Origin: Eledone cirrhosa
Taxonomy: Eukaryota
Reading direction: 5' to 3'
Length of the DNA stretch: 64,000 nt
NCBI GenBank assembly: GCA_964016885.1
Contig: OZ024741.1
Location: forward strand, 276,024,001-276,088,000
Shown in pieces: positions 1-13,281 of the stretch; position 1 is the first letter of the stretch, and every line of letters begins with the position of its first letter. The notes under the pieces were generated by a model. It was not told the origin of the DNA, searched no databases, and saw only the letters and a list, made by a program, of their open reading frames with translations. The translations under genes and the position numbers were made by a program.

Positions 1-792
1 CCAACAACAACTCACCATGACCCACCCCACCACACAACATTAAACCACAAAGGCGTATCCCATCTCACTCCCACCATCAAATACTACTTGCTTGCACTAC
101 ACCCCCAACACTCCCACCCACATCCCTACACTCCCACCAACATCACTATACCACACCCCATCAAACTACACTATATTACACAGAACAACGCCTCTCCCCA
201 ACCTCACCATCAAACTTGCACCCCCATCAACCAACCACACTACCACCACAAACTTAAAGGAGTTTTTTTGATGTGGGAGGTAATGTGACTAGAGGCACCA
301 CAAAACATAACTCCACCCCATGTCACCATCAAACCTGCACCTCACCCGCCACAACACACCACCATAAAACCTCGCCTCACACCACCCATTACCCTCACCA
401 CCACCACCACAAATTTACGGGGCTTTTCTGATTTAGTAGTAGGTTGGGGTGGCTGCAGGCATATAGGCACCCCAATCAGGCCCTCACCTCACCCGACCAT
501 CAGATCTTCATTCCACACCGACCAGAAACTTACAGGACTTTAATGATTTAGTGGTGGGTAATGTGGAACAGGAGAATCTGTTCATGTTAGCAGCTGATTT
601 TAGATTGTTTCGTGCTGATATCACCTCTATCAAGGATGGAGTTTCAGGTAGGATAGCTGGAAATGGAAAATAGAAATTGAAGTTGGCATGGATGGAGGGC
701 TTAATTAGTTAACTAGTTAACTAACTAATTAGTTAGGTGGGTGGTTAATTGGCTACAGAGGTCGGTTGATGGATTTAATAATTTAAACCTAC

Positions 793-1600
793 TGGTGGGT
801 ATTTAGGTAGATAGGTGAATATATAAGTAGGTTGGTTAGAAGGTAGGTGGGTATATAGGTAGATAGGTGAATATATAAGTAGGTTGGTTAGAAGGTAGGT
901 GGGTATATAGGTAGATAGGTGAATATATAAGTAGGTTGGTTAGAAGGTAGGTGGGTATTTAGGTAGATAGGTGAATATATAAGTAGGTTGGTTAGAAGGT
1001 AGGTGGGTATTTAGGTAGATAGGTGAATATATAAGTAGGTTGGTTAGAAGGTAGGTGGGTATATAGGTAGATAGGTGAATATATAAGTAGGTTGGTTAGA
1101 AGGTAGGTGGGTATATAGGTAGATAGGTGAATATATAAGTAGGTTGGTTAGAAGGTAGGTGGGTATATAGGTAGATAGGTGAATATATAAGTAGGTTGGT
1201 TAGAAGGTAGGTGGGTATATAGGTAGATAGGTGAATATATAAGTAGGTTGGTTAGAAGGTAGGTGGGTATTTAGGTAGATAGGTGAATATATAAGTAGGT
1301 TGGTTAGAAGGTAGGTGGGTATTTAGGTAGATAGGTGAATATATAAGTAGGTTGGTTAGAAGGTAGGTGGGTATATAGGTAGATAGGTGAATATATAAGT
1401 AGGTTGGTTAGAAGGTAGGTGGGTATATAGGTAGATAGGTGAATATATAAGTAGGTTGGTTAGAAGGTAGGTGGGTATATAGGTAGATAGGTGAATATAT
1501 AAGTAGGTTGGTTAGAAGGTAGGTGGGTATTTAGGTAGATAGGTGAATATATAAGTAGGTTGGTTAGAAGGTAGGTGGGTATATAGGTAGATAGGTGGGT
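793..1600. repeat. 52-bp minisatellite (GTAGGTGGGTATATAGGTAGATAGGTGAATATATAAGTAGGTTGGTTAGAAG), ~15 copies
   Basis: Same motif recurs at 841, 893, ... (period 52); only an A/T variant (tatat/tattt) differs between units. Confidence 0.95.
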
Positions 1601-1700
1601 TTATAGATAGGTGGGTTGGTAGATATACATAATAGGAGTGAAAGTGAAATTTAAAAAAATAATACTAGGATTCATAGAAGTAGTTAATAGCCTCTCTTAC

Positions 1701-1750
1701 CTGAATGATATAATTAGCAGTGGAGAGCAGAGAAGCTAGAGTAAAGCAGA
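1701..1750 (-). CDS. possible exon of the minus-strand host gene (ICFTLASLLSTANYIIQ)
   Basis: aacttttcccag acceptor and CAG|gtaaga donor; open if entered in phase 1, matching the phase-1 end of the 8171-8198 exon; composition unlike the other exons. Confidence 0.3.
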
Positions 1751-2317
1751 CTGGGAAAAGTTTAGAAAAAGAGATTTCTCTCTATGAACGAAAGGTCAAA
1801 TGCATGATGCCTGTATGAATGCAGAGAATATGCAAAAGTTGGAGAGAAATGAAGCAAGCAGAGTTCAATGGATGTAAAATGTTAATTAATGTGCATGAAA
1901 GATAAAGCATACATGTACCAAGAAAATAACAGGATATAAGAGGAATCAGATATAGTGTACAGCCAAAGACAATGCTGGTATGCATATGTGATACATAAGT
2001 ATGAGAAGAAGTGTTTAAAAATCTTAGTGGAAGGAAGTTGCTAGAGTTATGTAAAATTCCTCCTTTAAATGATGATCTGGTTTTCATAGCAGCAGCATCC
2101 TAGGCACAACGCAGTATTTCAGACCCCTTTCTAACACTGGGCTACCATAATATTTCATTGGTCCTAGGAAGAAACTGATTTCATTCATGCTGTTTGACTG
2201 ATCTGTTGAAAGCTCTTGGTGGTGGAACAGGAGTAGGTGGGAGAATTCCAGAGTTGTGTGACAGAGGTGGTGTGCTTCAGTAGAGAGATCAAGAAAATAT
2301 TTTAAATATTTGATGTG

Positions 2318-2650
2318 CAGGAGTACTATGTGGACACTCACCAAAATAATAAACACAAGAATGCTGAGAGCTACTTTAACCACAGCCTGGAAGCAGCAGC
2401 ACTTTACAAAAAAGCAACTCTACGGTTATCTACCTGCAATCTGTCATAACATCCAAGAGAGATGAGCCACATTCGTAGGAGACCAAGATATAGACATCCC
2501 AACATGGGCAGACCTCACAGAACCTACATGAAAAAGTTAAGTGAGGATGCTGAGGACAATCTGGTGGACCAGCCATGAGTAATAGAAAACAGAGTTGGGT
2601 GGAGAAGAAGTGTATTGGTTATACATGCAACCATCCGTAAGATGATGATA
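2318..2650 (+). mobile_element. decayed 3' end of an RTE-like LINE
   Basis: Fragments translate as WTLTK..TRMLRA..WKQQHFTKKQLYGYLPAI..GRPHRTYMKKL, typical RTE C-terminus; ends in a GAT-type tail. Confidence 0.7.
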
Positions 2651-2666
2651 CTACTACTACTACTAC

Positions 2667-2848
2667 ATCATCATCATCATCATCATGTGAGCTTCAGCGA
2701 TCTGAGGTCCGCTTCCGCCCATGTTTTCCGTAGTCTTCCTCTACTGCGTCTTCCTTCTACTGGAATTTCTTGGCACTTCTTTACCCAGCGGTCATCTTCC
2801 ATGCGCATCACATGTCCATACCATCGCAGTCTTCTCTCCAGCACACTA
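2667..2848 (-). mobile_element. RTE LINE 3' fragment
   Basis: Reverse strand reads ERRLRWYGHVMRMEDDRWVKKC..GRLRKTWAE; (CAT)n tail on plus strand. Confidence 0.8.
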
Positions 2849-3337
2849 CAATTTATGGTTTATCATTTCAATGCGAGAAAAACCACAAACCCTCCATCTC
2901 AATTCTACTTTTGAAAAGGACAAGAACTGCGAAACCAGTAACGGAACCAAATAAATATATATTTTTAAAAAAAAGACTCCAGTTGCATTTTCGATTTCAT
3001 CTTTTTTCCTTATACTTTCACTCATGTAGGACATCTCGTTTTTTTTTCATTTTGTAAAAAACACCTCACTTTCTAATATATATATATATGTATATTTGTT
3101 TTCTGGCGGTTGAATTAAGGTGAGTGACAGCTCACGCCTGAATGGAAATAGTCAGTGGGCAAATTTGACTGGTCAAAGATACAGATGACGACTTGAATTC
3201 TTGACCAATAGATAGGCCGCGTAAACAGGATGATGACAGATGGGGGACACTCAAAGGGACAGAATAACATCAGATGGAAAATTTGCTTCGAAGTCGCTAG
3301 ATGTATCCGAGGAACTTGCGAATGCAGAGTCAGGTTC

Positions 3338-4654
3338 GTATTTTGTTAGAGATGCCTACTGACTGTAGTAGGTTTTACTTTATATTTAGGTAAGGCGGGT
3401 CTTCTCTATTACTGAGTACCGCCAAAGGTCTCGGTCCAGTGACATTGTCTTGGTGAGGTGTAAGTGTGTGAGGTCGGAATTTATCAGCTCGTCCCAGGTC
3501 TTTCTGGGTCTGCCTATTCCGTGGCTACCGTCTATCTTTATTGCCCTGCACTTTGTTATACAGCTATCGTCTTTCATGCGCATCACGTGACCATACCAAC
3601 GTTGCCTTCTCTCGAGTAAACAACATCTGATCCCTCTTATTTCTAATTTTTTCCTTAGTTCATTTATGCTTTGCCGTTCACGTATATTACTATTACACAT
3701 CCAGCGGAGAATGCAAGCTTCGTTCCTCTCTAGTCTCTGTATATCCTCTGCACACAATGCCCAGGTCTCACTGCCATGCAACATTGCTGTTCGTATGCAG
3801 GCATCATACAACCTGCCTTTCATTTTTAGGGAGAACCCTTTAGCGGCTAATAGTGGTATAAGCTCTCTGAACTTTTTCCATCCAGTTCTGGTTGATAGAA
3901 ACTGTACTTTCAGAGCACCCTCCCCCACTGCTGATTTTGTCACCCAGGTAACGGAAGCTGTCCACTATTTCTATAGAACCCTCTGCGCAGTTGAAAGAGC
4001 TAGTATTCTGTGGACACTTACTGCTACTTATTGCACCAGAGCACCGGCCACATGTAAAATCTATGTTCTTAGTTAGCTTACCTGTGATCCTACTACATCT
4101 TTTATGCACCCATACTTTGCATTTGGGACACAAAATGGAGTTTCTACCTACGCCTCTCCTACACACTGAGCATGGCCACTTCCCGGAAGGGACCGCCGCC
4201 TTATTTTCTTTCTTACAAACTAGAACTTTAGTCTTAGCCAGGTTAATTTTAAGGCCTTTTGATTCTAGGCCGTGCTTCCATGTTTGGAATTTCTTCTCTA
4301 GCTTTGCCATTGATTCAGTTATGAGTGTTAGGTCATCTGCGTATAGGAGTTCCCATGGGCAACCGGTCTTGGACTCCTCTGTTATAGCCTGAAGGGCAAT
4401 AATAAATAGTAGGGGGCTGAGAACAGAGCCCTGATGGACGCCAACTTTTACGCTAAACTCTTCACTATATTCGTTGTTAATTCTAACCTTGCTGACTGTT
4501 TCTTTATACATGGCTTGTATAGCTCTCACAAGCCATTCATCAACACCTAGTTTTCTAAGAGCCCACCAGATAATGGAACGGGGAACTCTGTCGAAGGCTT
4601 TCTCCAAGTCGACAAAAGCTAAGTATAGGGGTTTACTTTTAGCTAGGTACTTCT

Positions 4655-4657
<3 letters not shown>
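3338..4657 (-). mobile_element. RTE LINE family A fragment (RT to C-terminus), frameshifted
   Basis: ORFs 3840-4607 (EKAFDRV, HQGSVLSP, YADD) and 3386-3943 nearly identical to the 38249-41224 ORF; broken at a (TA)n tract. Confidence 0.95.
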
Positions 4658-4692
<35 letters not shown>

Positions 4693-4967
4693 TAATATAT
4701 ATATATATATATATAATTGAGTTCTTAACATGCAGGATTGATAATGTTTTTGAAAAAACTAATTAACCCACGTGTATATTATTTTACTTTTCTCGTGACT
4801 CGTGATTGTCTCCCTTTTCCGCTTCGTGACGCTATGATACTTCCTCAGTCTAAAGACTGCTGGAATTTCAAATTTGGGGGTCATTCGATGCGTGGAGAGA
4901 GAACTTAGCGGACACGAAAAATAACTGCGGTAAGGAATTTTTTTCTTATATCAAAGTTTAATGGGCA

Positions 4968-5090
4968 TCCACTGACGATTTATAAGTGCCCACCTACATA
5001 TATTCTTACAGGAAAATATGTTAGGCTTCTACATAAACTGGAAACATTCTCCCAACTTGTAGAAAACTTATAATGAAACAATTGTTTGGA
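4968..5090 (+). ncRNA. type I hammerhead ribozyme motif with long branched stem II
   Basis: UCCA-CUGACGA(4972-4978)-U-UUAUAAGU...ACUUAUAA-U-GAAAC(5075-5079)-AAUU-GUU-UGGA; stem I UCCA/UGGA; palindromic stem III ACAAUUGU. Confidence 0.7.
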
Positions 5091-5297
5091 AAGAGAGATA
5101 TATTTTAACTTTAATTATATCTCGTATAAAATAATACAACTGGCTTTCCACAAAATACATATAGTTAGCACCCCAAACACTAAATTGGGATTATACTAAC
5201 GTATAACCTAATGTTTGTTGAGTGAGATGGTTACCAGTCGGAGTTTAGCTTAAAGCTTTCTCTGTTATTGTATTAAATACACACACATATATATATA

Positions 5298-5870
<573 letters not shown>

Positions 5871-5877
5871 TACATAT

Positions 5878-5925
<48 letters not shown>

Positions 5926-6015
5926 GGAAAAAATGAAATGGAATTATATATATATGTGTGCATGTATGTATATATATACATACTACTGTACGTCTGTATA
6001 CATATATGTATATAC

Positions 6016-6097
<82 letters not shown>

Positions 6098-6226
6098 GTA
6101 TATATGTATGTATATATATATATATATGTATATATATATGTATGTATATATATATGTATGTATATATATATATATATGTATATATATATGTATATATATA
6201 TGTATATATGTACATATATAATATAT

Positions 6227-6706
6227 ATGTCACTCTCCTCCTCCTTGTGGTCTTGTTCCAGCCACAGATCTCTTCCGTCACATTTAGTAAGTTATTTTTT
6301 AGGAACTTCCAGTGCTCTTCTACATTGAATGTCTCTATCTGTTCTTCTTTACTGTGATAGGCGTCGAGTAAAATATCTTTAAATCTGTTACTAGCTGAGG
6401 GGTCTTTCAGCTTCCACATTTTTCTTCTCCAGGTTGCCTTCTGTTTCCAAGTTTGTCTAGTTTTGACAGTGAGGTCGCTGACAACTAAGTTATGTTGGGT
6501 GGTACATTCCTCACCAGGGAAGGCTTTTGTGTTTACAACCATCCATCTATCATGTCCTCTGATGAGGATAAAATCTATCTGACTAGAATGCTCTTCTGAT
6601 CTATAGGTGATCAGATGTCTGTCGGGTTTTTTGAAGTTTGTGTTACATATCGACATGTCATTGGCGTCGCAGAATTCTAGAAGCCTGAAGCCTTCATCAT
6701 CATTTT
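6227..6706 (-). mobile_element. RTE LINE endonuclease (APE) fragment
   Basis: [34 protein letters not shown], homologous to the APE part of the 38249 ORF; ends in (TA)n. Confidence 0.9.
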
Positions 6707-6819
6707 ATGTCCGATAAATATATTTGTGGCCAGGTTTCATACTATTACATTTGAAATTCCTAAATTCAATTTTCATTTTAGTGGCTTTATTGCCTTGTTT
6801 GGAGTAAGTATAAAGAAAA

Positions 6820-7860
6820 TACACTATATAACAATACACTGCACTACACTACACTACTCTACATTACACTACACTACATTACACTACAATACACTACACT
6901 ACACTATATTACACTACAATACACTACACTACACTATATTACACTACAAAACACTACACTACATTACTCTACACTACACTACAATACATTACAATGCACT
7001 ACACTACCTTACACTACAATACACTACATTACACTACACTACACTACAATACCATATACTACTCTACACTATATTACACTACACTACACTATACTACCCT
7101 ACACTTCATTATATTACACTACAATACGATACACTACATTACACTATATTACACTACACTACACTACATTACACTATACTATACTACACTACACTATACT
7201 ACACTATATTACACTACACTACACTATACTATACTACACTATATTACACTACACTATACTACACTACACTATACTACACTATATTACACTACACTATACT
7301 ACACTACATTACACTACATTATGTGGTATAGTGTAGTGCAGTGTGGTATAGTGTAGTGTAGTGTAGTATAGTGTAGTGTAATGTGGTATAGTGCGGTATA
7401 CTGTAGAATACCAGACTATACCACACTATACTACAGTATACCACACTATACCACATTACACTACACTAGACCACACTACACGATACCACTCTATACCACA
7501 TTACCCTGTACTCTACTACACTATACTACACTACACTATACCACACTATACCACATTACACTACACTATACTACACTACACTGTACCACACTATACCACA
7601 CTATACCACGTTACACTACACTATACTACACTACACTAGACTATACCACACTACACTACGCTATATCACACTGCACTACACTATACCCCATTACACTACA
7701 CTATACTACACTACACTATACCACACACTACACTATACCACAGTACACTACACAACACTATACTACATTATACCACATTACACTACACTATACTACACTA
7801 TACCACACTACACTACACTACACTACACTACACTACACTATACTACACTACACTATACTG
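6820..7860. repeat. (ACACT)n-type degenerate pentamer microsatellite with a short inverted patch (~7320-7405)
   Basis: Direct reading; source of the HYTTL pseudo-ORFs. Confidence 0.9.
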
Positions 7861-8170
7861 ATCTCAATCCAACAACAACAACAAACCAGTAGTAGCAATA
7901 GTAGTAGCAACAGCAGCCATACAAATACATTGACGAAGGAAACTTTCTTCATGTTATGTTGTCTTTTTACGCCCAGCAATTGAAAAGATGTGTAGTGGAA
8001 GTGGTGGAAGTGATGGGAGACCATTTCTCCCTCCCCCCACTCTTGTAAAGTGTGACATACGTTTTTTGGATGTAGGTTATTTTATTGGAATGTTAACTGA
8101 GGCATCATGGGAAATAAGATATAAAGTAATAAAAAAAAATAACAATAAAATAAAGAAAAACATTACTTAC

Positions 8171-8198
8171 TTTTTGGAAGACTATTTGAAGGCTTTAG
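8171..8198 (-). CDS. micro-exon of minus-strand host gene (LKPSNSLPK)
   Basis: tcttctctttcag acceptor, gtaagt donor, 28 bp, open in phase 0. Confidence 0.5.
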
Positions 8199-8528
8199 CT
8201 GAAAGAGAAGATTATATTTGCGTTAGACTTTCTGGGAGTATTGTCAGAGTTAGTGGTTGTATTGGTACAGATTAGAGAGATTTCTGAGGAAGACGGCTGA
8301 TTGAACAGGGATTTTGAGACTAGAAATAGGTAGTAACTTAACCACTACCATACTAGTTGATACATCAATCTCCATCGATTAATCTATCCTCTGAAACGAT
8401 TGTAAAACAATGAACTATCTCTCTACCTACACCTGACTTCTGTTTTTTATTGTTCTATGCACAAACACACACAGGCTGAAGAAAACTGGTGAGAATACCA
8501 AGGTCAGCACTCAATGCAGAGCAGAGTG

Positions 8529-8827
8529 TATATAATAAGAACAAAGTGGAGGTGTTACATAGGAGATTTATTGCTCAATCCTGGTTACAAATGTTTCTCA
8601 AGCAGCTGGCTCGTGATCTGGGTTGGCACTCCTAGACCAGACTCCAAGTCTGCCTGATCCTCAGACCAATGGACTTTTGTTGTGTTAACACTGGTCTGAA
8701 GATCAGACAGATTTGCAGTCTCATCTGGAGTACCAACCCAGATCACAAGCCAGCTGCTTGAGAAACATTTGTAACCAGGATTGAGCAATAAATCTATGTA
8801 ACGCCTCCACTTTGATCTTATTATATA
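8529..8827. mobile_element. fold-back element (~135-bp inverted arms) with a hammerhead motif on each strand
   Basis: taagaacaaagtggagg... versus ...cctccactttgatctta; plus arm CUGGU-CUGAAGA(8696-8702)...GAAAC(8762-8766)-AUUU-GUA-ACCAG; minus arm has CUGAGGA; TA-flanked. Confidence 0.75.
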
Positions 8828-8861
8828 TATATATGTATGTATATATATATATATATATATA

Positions 8862-9226
8862 CCTGACTTCCCATGGGTACAAGCCAGAGCTGAAGCATAT
8901 ATAGAGGATGCCTCCACTCCCATCTCACTGTAAAGTGGTCTTATAGATGACACAACAAAAAGTGCGCAGCCCACACTGTAAAGTGGTCGTGTAAAAGCCA
9001 CGACAAAAATCACCCAGTTCACACTGGTTGCGCCATGGTAAAAAAGCACCCAGCACTCACTGTAAATGAGGTTGGTGTTAGGAAGGGCATCCAGCTGTAG
9101 AAATCAAGCCAAAATCAGTTCTGTATGAGCAAGACATGGTCACCTGACCTGGCACTGCCCACAACAGGCAAACTCATCTAACCCATGCTAGCGTGGAAAA
9201 ATGGACATATGATGATGATGATGATG
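8862..9226 (+). mobile_element. RTE LINE family B 3' UTR fragment
   Basis: Similar to 48475-48783; (GAT)n tail. Confidence 0.8.
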
Positions 9227-9413
9227 AAATCCTCATTTCACATCCATTGTTCCATGCTTTCATGAGTTGGATAGGTCCTTCTCAATACAGCATATCTCCA
9301 CTTCCATCAATAGGTGAGAAACTGAGCTGACCAAACCACAGAATAAAAATTAAAAAATGATGTTAATGATATATGAAACATGAATAACCAATAGCAAAAC
9401 AATTTCCTCATAC

Positions 9414-9488
9414 CCCTTCGGTGGGTTTTTCAATCAAACCTCGGTCTGGCAGTGGTGGTTTTTTACTGAGTGGAGAAACATTGTTAAC
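9414..9488 (-). CDS. micro-exon of minus-strand host gene (VNNVSPLSKKPPLPDRGLIEKPTEG)
   Basis: tttttcttgccag acceptor, gtatga donor, 75 bp phase 0-0, PxxPxR motif. Confidence 0.65.
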
Positions 9489-9789
9489 CTGGCAAGAAAA
9501 AATTACAAGACTGCTTAATGATATTTCAAATATACTTTTGTTTTTGGCGTATAGTACATTGTGAATTGCAGTGCTTGTGCCCATGATGAAATGCATCCAA
9601 TAAAATGCACCCAGTTCACTCTGTAATGTGGTTATGCTGGTGCCACAATAAAATGCTCCCAGTATACTCTGTAAAGAAGTAGTGCTGGTGCTACGATAAA
9701 ATGCACCCAGTACATTCTGTAAAGAGGTAGTTAGATAATGGATGGAAACAATGGAACTTTATCAAATTCACTGTAGCCAACAAAATCAC

Positions 9790-10180
9790 TAAAACACCAC
9801 TTCAACATCGCTGCAATGTCTAATATATAGTAGCAATCCAACACAGCCCCTACAATACCACTACACACTCAAATATATAGTAACTAGCCTTCACAACCTC
9901 TACAACATTGCTACAACACCACTGTAATACCACTGCAATACTACAACACCACTACAACAGCACTGCAATACCACTTCAACAACACTACAATACTACTACA
10001 ACACTACTACAATAACAGTATAACACCACTACAACAGCACTGCAATACCACTACAACAGCACTATAGTTCCACTAAAACACCACTATAACACCACTACAA
10101 TTCCACTATAACACAACTAAAATACCACTGCAATACCATTGCAATGTCTTTAAATAGAGTGACAACTGCAACACATACCA
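9790..10180. repeat. degenerate ~11-bp (CAACACCACTA) minisatellite
   Basis: Direct reading. Confidence 0.75.
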
Positions 10181-10379
10181 CTTTGATTTTTTCAAAACAT
10201 TCGTATTTCACATCTTCTGCGTATGGTTGCAATGGACAGTAGAATTCAATGATATATACATATAATATTTATATATGTGTATGTTTGTATATATATGTAT
10301 ATATAAAATTGAAAAAGTGAAGAATAACCTTAGATAGCGCCTTTGTTCCATGTATGAACATAAATAAATAATTGTGTAT

Positions 10380-12939
10380 GGAATGTGATAACCTACAAGG
10401 AGGAATTTATAGAGATGATACACTACTTTTAGTTAAAAACCTAAATAATCAAAACTTAGAAAGATTAAGGAAACGGATTAGAAAATTCTTTAATAATTTA
10501 GGCCTTAACAGGACTTTTGAACTCAACTCTAAAAAAGTTAACTACTTAGATGTATCGCTCAACCTTAACACAGGACTAATAGAACCCTTCCATAAAAATA
10601 ATGAAAATTTAGCTTACATTGATTATAACTCTAATCACCCTTGATCCATAATTAACTCCATAGCACATAGAATATCCCTTAGAATCTCGCGCCTATCTTC
10701 TAACCTAGAGATTTTTAACGTCACGCTAACTACTACAACATAGCTTTACTTAAGGCAGGCCATAAAGAGAGACTCAAATACATACCAGATACAAAAAAAT
10801 AACAACACACTTAATATTAATAACACTATCCACACCTATAGAAGCAACAAATCTAGGACTAAACATAGAAATTGGCAACAAACACGTAAATTAATTGAAC
10901 AGAATACTAATATAAAGACCATTAATAACTATAGAAGATGCAGAGATAGAAACTACTTATGGTTCAATCCAGTGTTTAACTCCTCTATAAAAACAAAACT
11001 ACCTTACACTTTCTTCAAATTGGTTGACAAATACTTCCCTAAAATTCATAAATATCATAAAATCTTTAATAGAAAAACTATCAAACTATCATACTCCACT
11101 GCCAACAACATAGAATCACACATACATAAAATTAACTATAAAAGAATTTATAATACAAGTAGCCCGCAAATAAGTACCATAACACCAAATACAAAACATA
11201 AGCATATAACATCATCACAACCAAACACATGTCTGAACACATCACCACAATACATCAACAAACCCAATTCTCAGCCTGTACATAACAACCTACAAAACCA
11301 TATCGAAGAACCGGCACATAGAAAAGCATCTAAATGCAACAGCCATCTACCTGACAAGTGCCCATTACAAAATAGATGCCTAGAGACAAATATAGTATAC
11401 CTATGTACTATAAATTTAGGTAGCTTAGCATGGCATTACATTGGCTCCACAGCTGGGGAGTTTATGAAAAGGTGGTACGTCCATAGACACTCTATGATTA
11501 ACAAGAACCTCTTAAATACAACGACTCTCGCCAATAAAATCTGGCAACTCAAGGATGCAAACATGGTTTATAAAATCAGCTGGACGAAGCTATCAAAAGC
11601 AAAGGCCTATCAAATTGGTATGTCCCACTGCGGTCTCTGCGGTCTCTGCGGTCTCTGCGGTCTCTGCGGTCTTTTCCAAATTTTAAATTACAACAAAATG
11701 CTTCTTAACAGTAAAATTGAAAGAACTATTTTCTGTCGGCATAAAACGGCGACCAAATTTAAGAACTTTAGACCAGCTTAATTTCATCTTATCTATTCCA
11801 TAACCCAAATTGTACCACTTAGATTTATTATAATATCACATTATCATCATCATCATCATTATTATTATAATTGTCATCATCTATCAACGAACAACATCAA
11901 AACCTCTTATATTTACATTCTTATTTTATACATCTCTATCTTTATATTTCTCTCCCTAAATTTATTTCATCTCTAGCATTTTATTTTATCATATAATATA
12001 ACTTACAACTAATTAATTTATTTATTTATTGAAATAACCAATACACACATAAATATATTTAACATTATCATATTTATACCTTCGTATCTCTCTGTATTTT
12101 AGCCACTCTTAAAAACCACTTTCAATAATCTTAATATGTTTAAATTTTCTTTACACATTTTTACTTTTTTACTTATTTATTTTCATATTTTCATTTTTCA
12201 TTTCTCACATTTTGTATCATATTAGATGTAATTTATTTATTTACTTATTTGTTTATTTATTTATGTACTTATTTATTTTTATTTTTATTTATATTTTTAT
12301 TTACATTTATTCATGTATTAAGGTTTATTCATTTATTGTTGATATCATTATTTTCTCTCTGTTTTTCTTTCTCACCTACGTTATTTCTCCTTATGTGTGT
12401 CTCTCCTCTTTCTATCATCATTTATCCATATATTTTCTTCTCTATATTTTTCTCTGTATTTATTTCTCCTTTTTCTTTTCCTTTCTCTTTTTCTTTTTCC
12501 CTTTATCTATCTCCTTTTCTTTCTTTTTCTCTCTCTCTATCTTTATTATTAATATTATTATTGATGATGTAATTTGAATTTGTAAATTTGCCGGTTATAT
12601 ATACTTTTTGTAAGTCTCTGATGATCTGATTGAGCTAGCATCGTATTTGAAATTGAGTGGCACTGCTTCCTGTGTTCAGCAATTTTTAGACAACTTAATC
12701 AGAGAAACAATTGTTAGACTGTAAATAAATCCCCTTTTTTGTACTGTTGACCATGTTATTCTTCCCTTTTTCAATTTTATTACTCCAAGATAAACTTACA
12801 TTGGAATACAAGTAAAATCATAACATCATCATCTACGTAAACCTCTTGTCGAGTTAAACAACACCGTACGCTAAAACTATCCATAATAAGAAGTATTCAC
12901 AACCTCTAACTGGATTACCTATAACGATATTTTGTTATC

Positions 12940-12940
<1 letters not shown>
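10380..12940 (+). mobile_element. Penelope-like retroelement relic: RT C-terminal part + GIY-YIG endonuclease, then AT-rich 3' region/pLTR
   Basis: ORF 10372-10644 GIYRDD..VNYLDVSLNL..YIDYNSNHP; ORF 10972-11781 CPLQNRCLETNIVY..HYIGST (GIY-YIG); stops/frameshifts between; hammerhead at 12613; ends at (TA)n. Confidence 0.9.
12613..12720 (+). ncRNA. type I hammerhead ribozyme in the Penelope-like 3' pLTR
   Basis: AGUCU-CUGAUGA(12618-12624)-UCUGAUUGAG...CUUAAUCAGA-GAAAC(12704-12708)-AAUU-GUU-AGACU; all three stems pair. Confidence 0.8.
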
Positions 12941-13004
<64 letters not shown>

Positions 13005-13212
13005 GGGGGGTGTTTGTATTTATGAATATAAATATATTACATTCCACCACATAATACAATACTTCTGTTATAGAATATGAACACAAACATGTTATCTCAT
13101 ATTTCATATTTACATCTTTGAGTTATTTCCCTTTGTTTTACGACGTTATCTTTTGTAAATATGTGTTCTTAGCAAAATTTCCATTTAACAGTATCTTATA
13201 AACTCATATTAA

Positions 13213-13281
13213 CGCCTGAAGAAAGGTCACTTGTTTTTCTGGAAGCATGGTCAAATTTGGGCCTTGAAACCTTGGGTAGCG
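13213..13281 (+). ncRNA. type I hammerhead motif in a pLTR-like fragment
   Basis: CGC-CUGAAGA-AAGGUC...GGCCUU-GAAAC-CUUGG-GUA-GCG; stem I only 3 bp. Confidence 0.55.

Noticed and set aside
8061-8096. Minus-strand exon candidate
   Set aside because: Stop codons in all three frames; could only be terminal, unsupported
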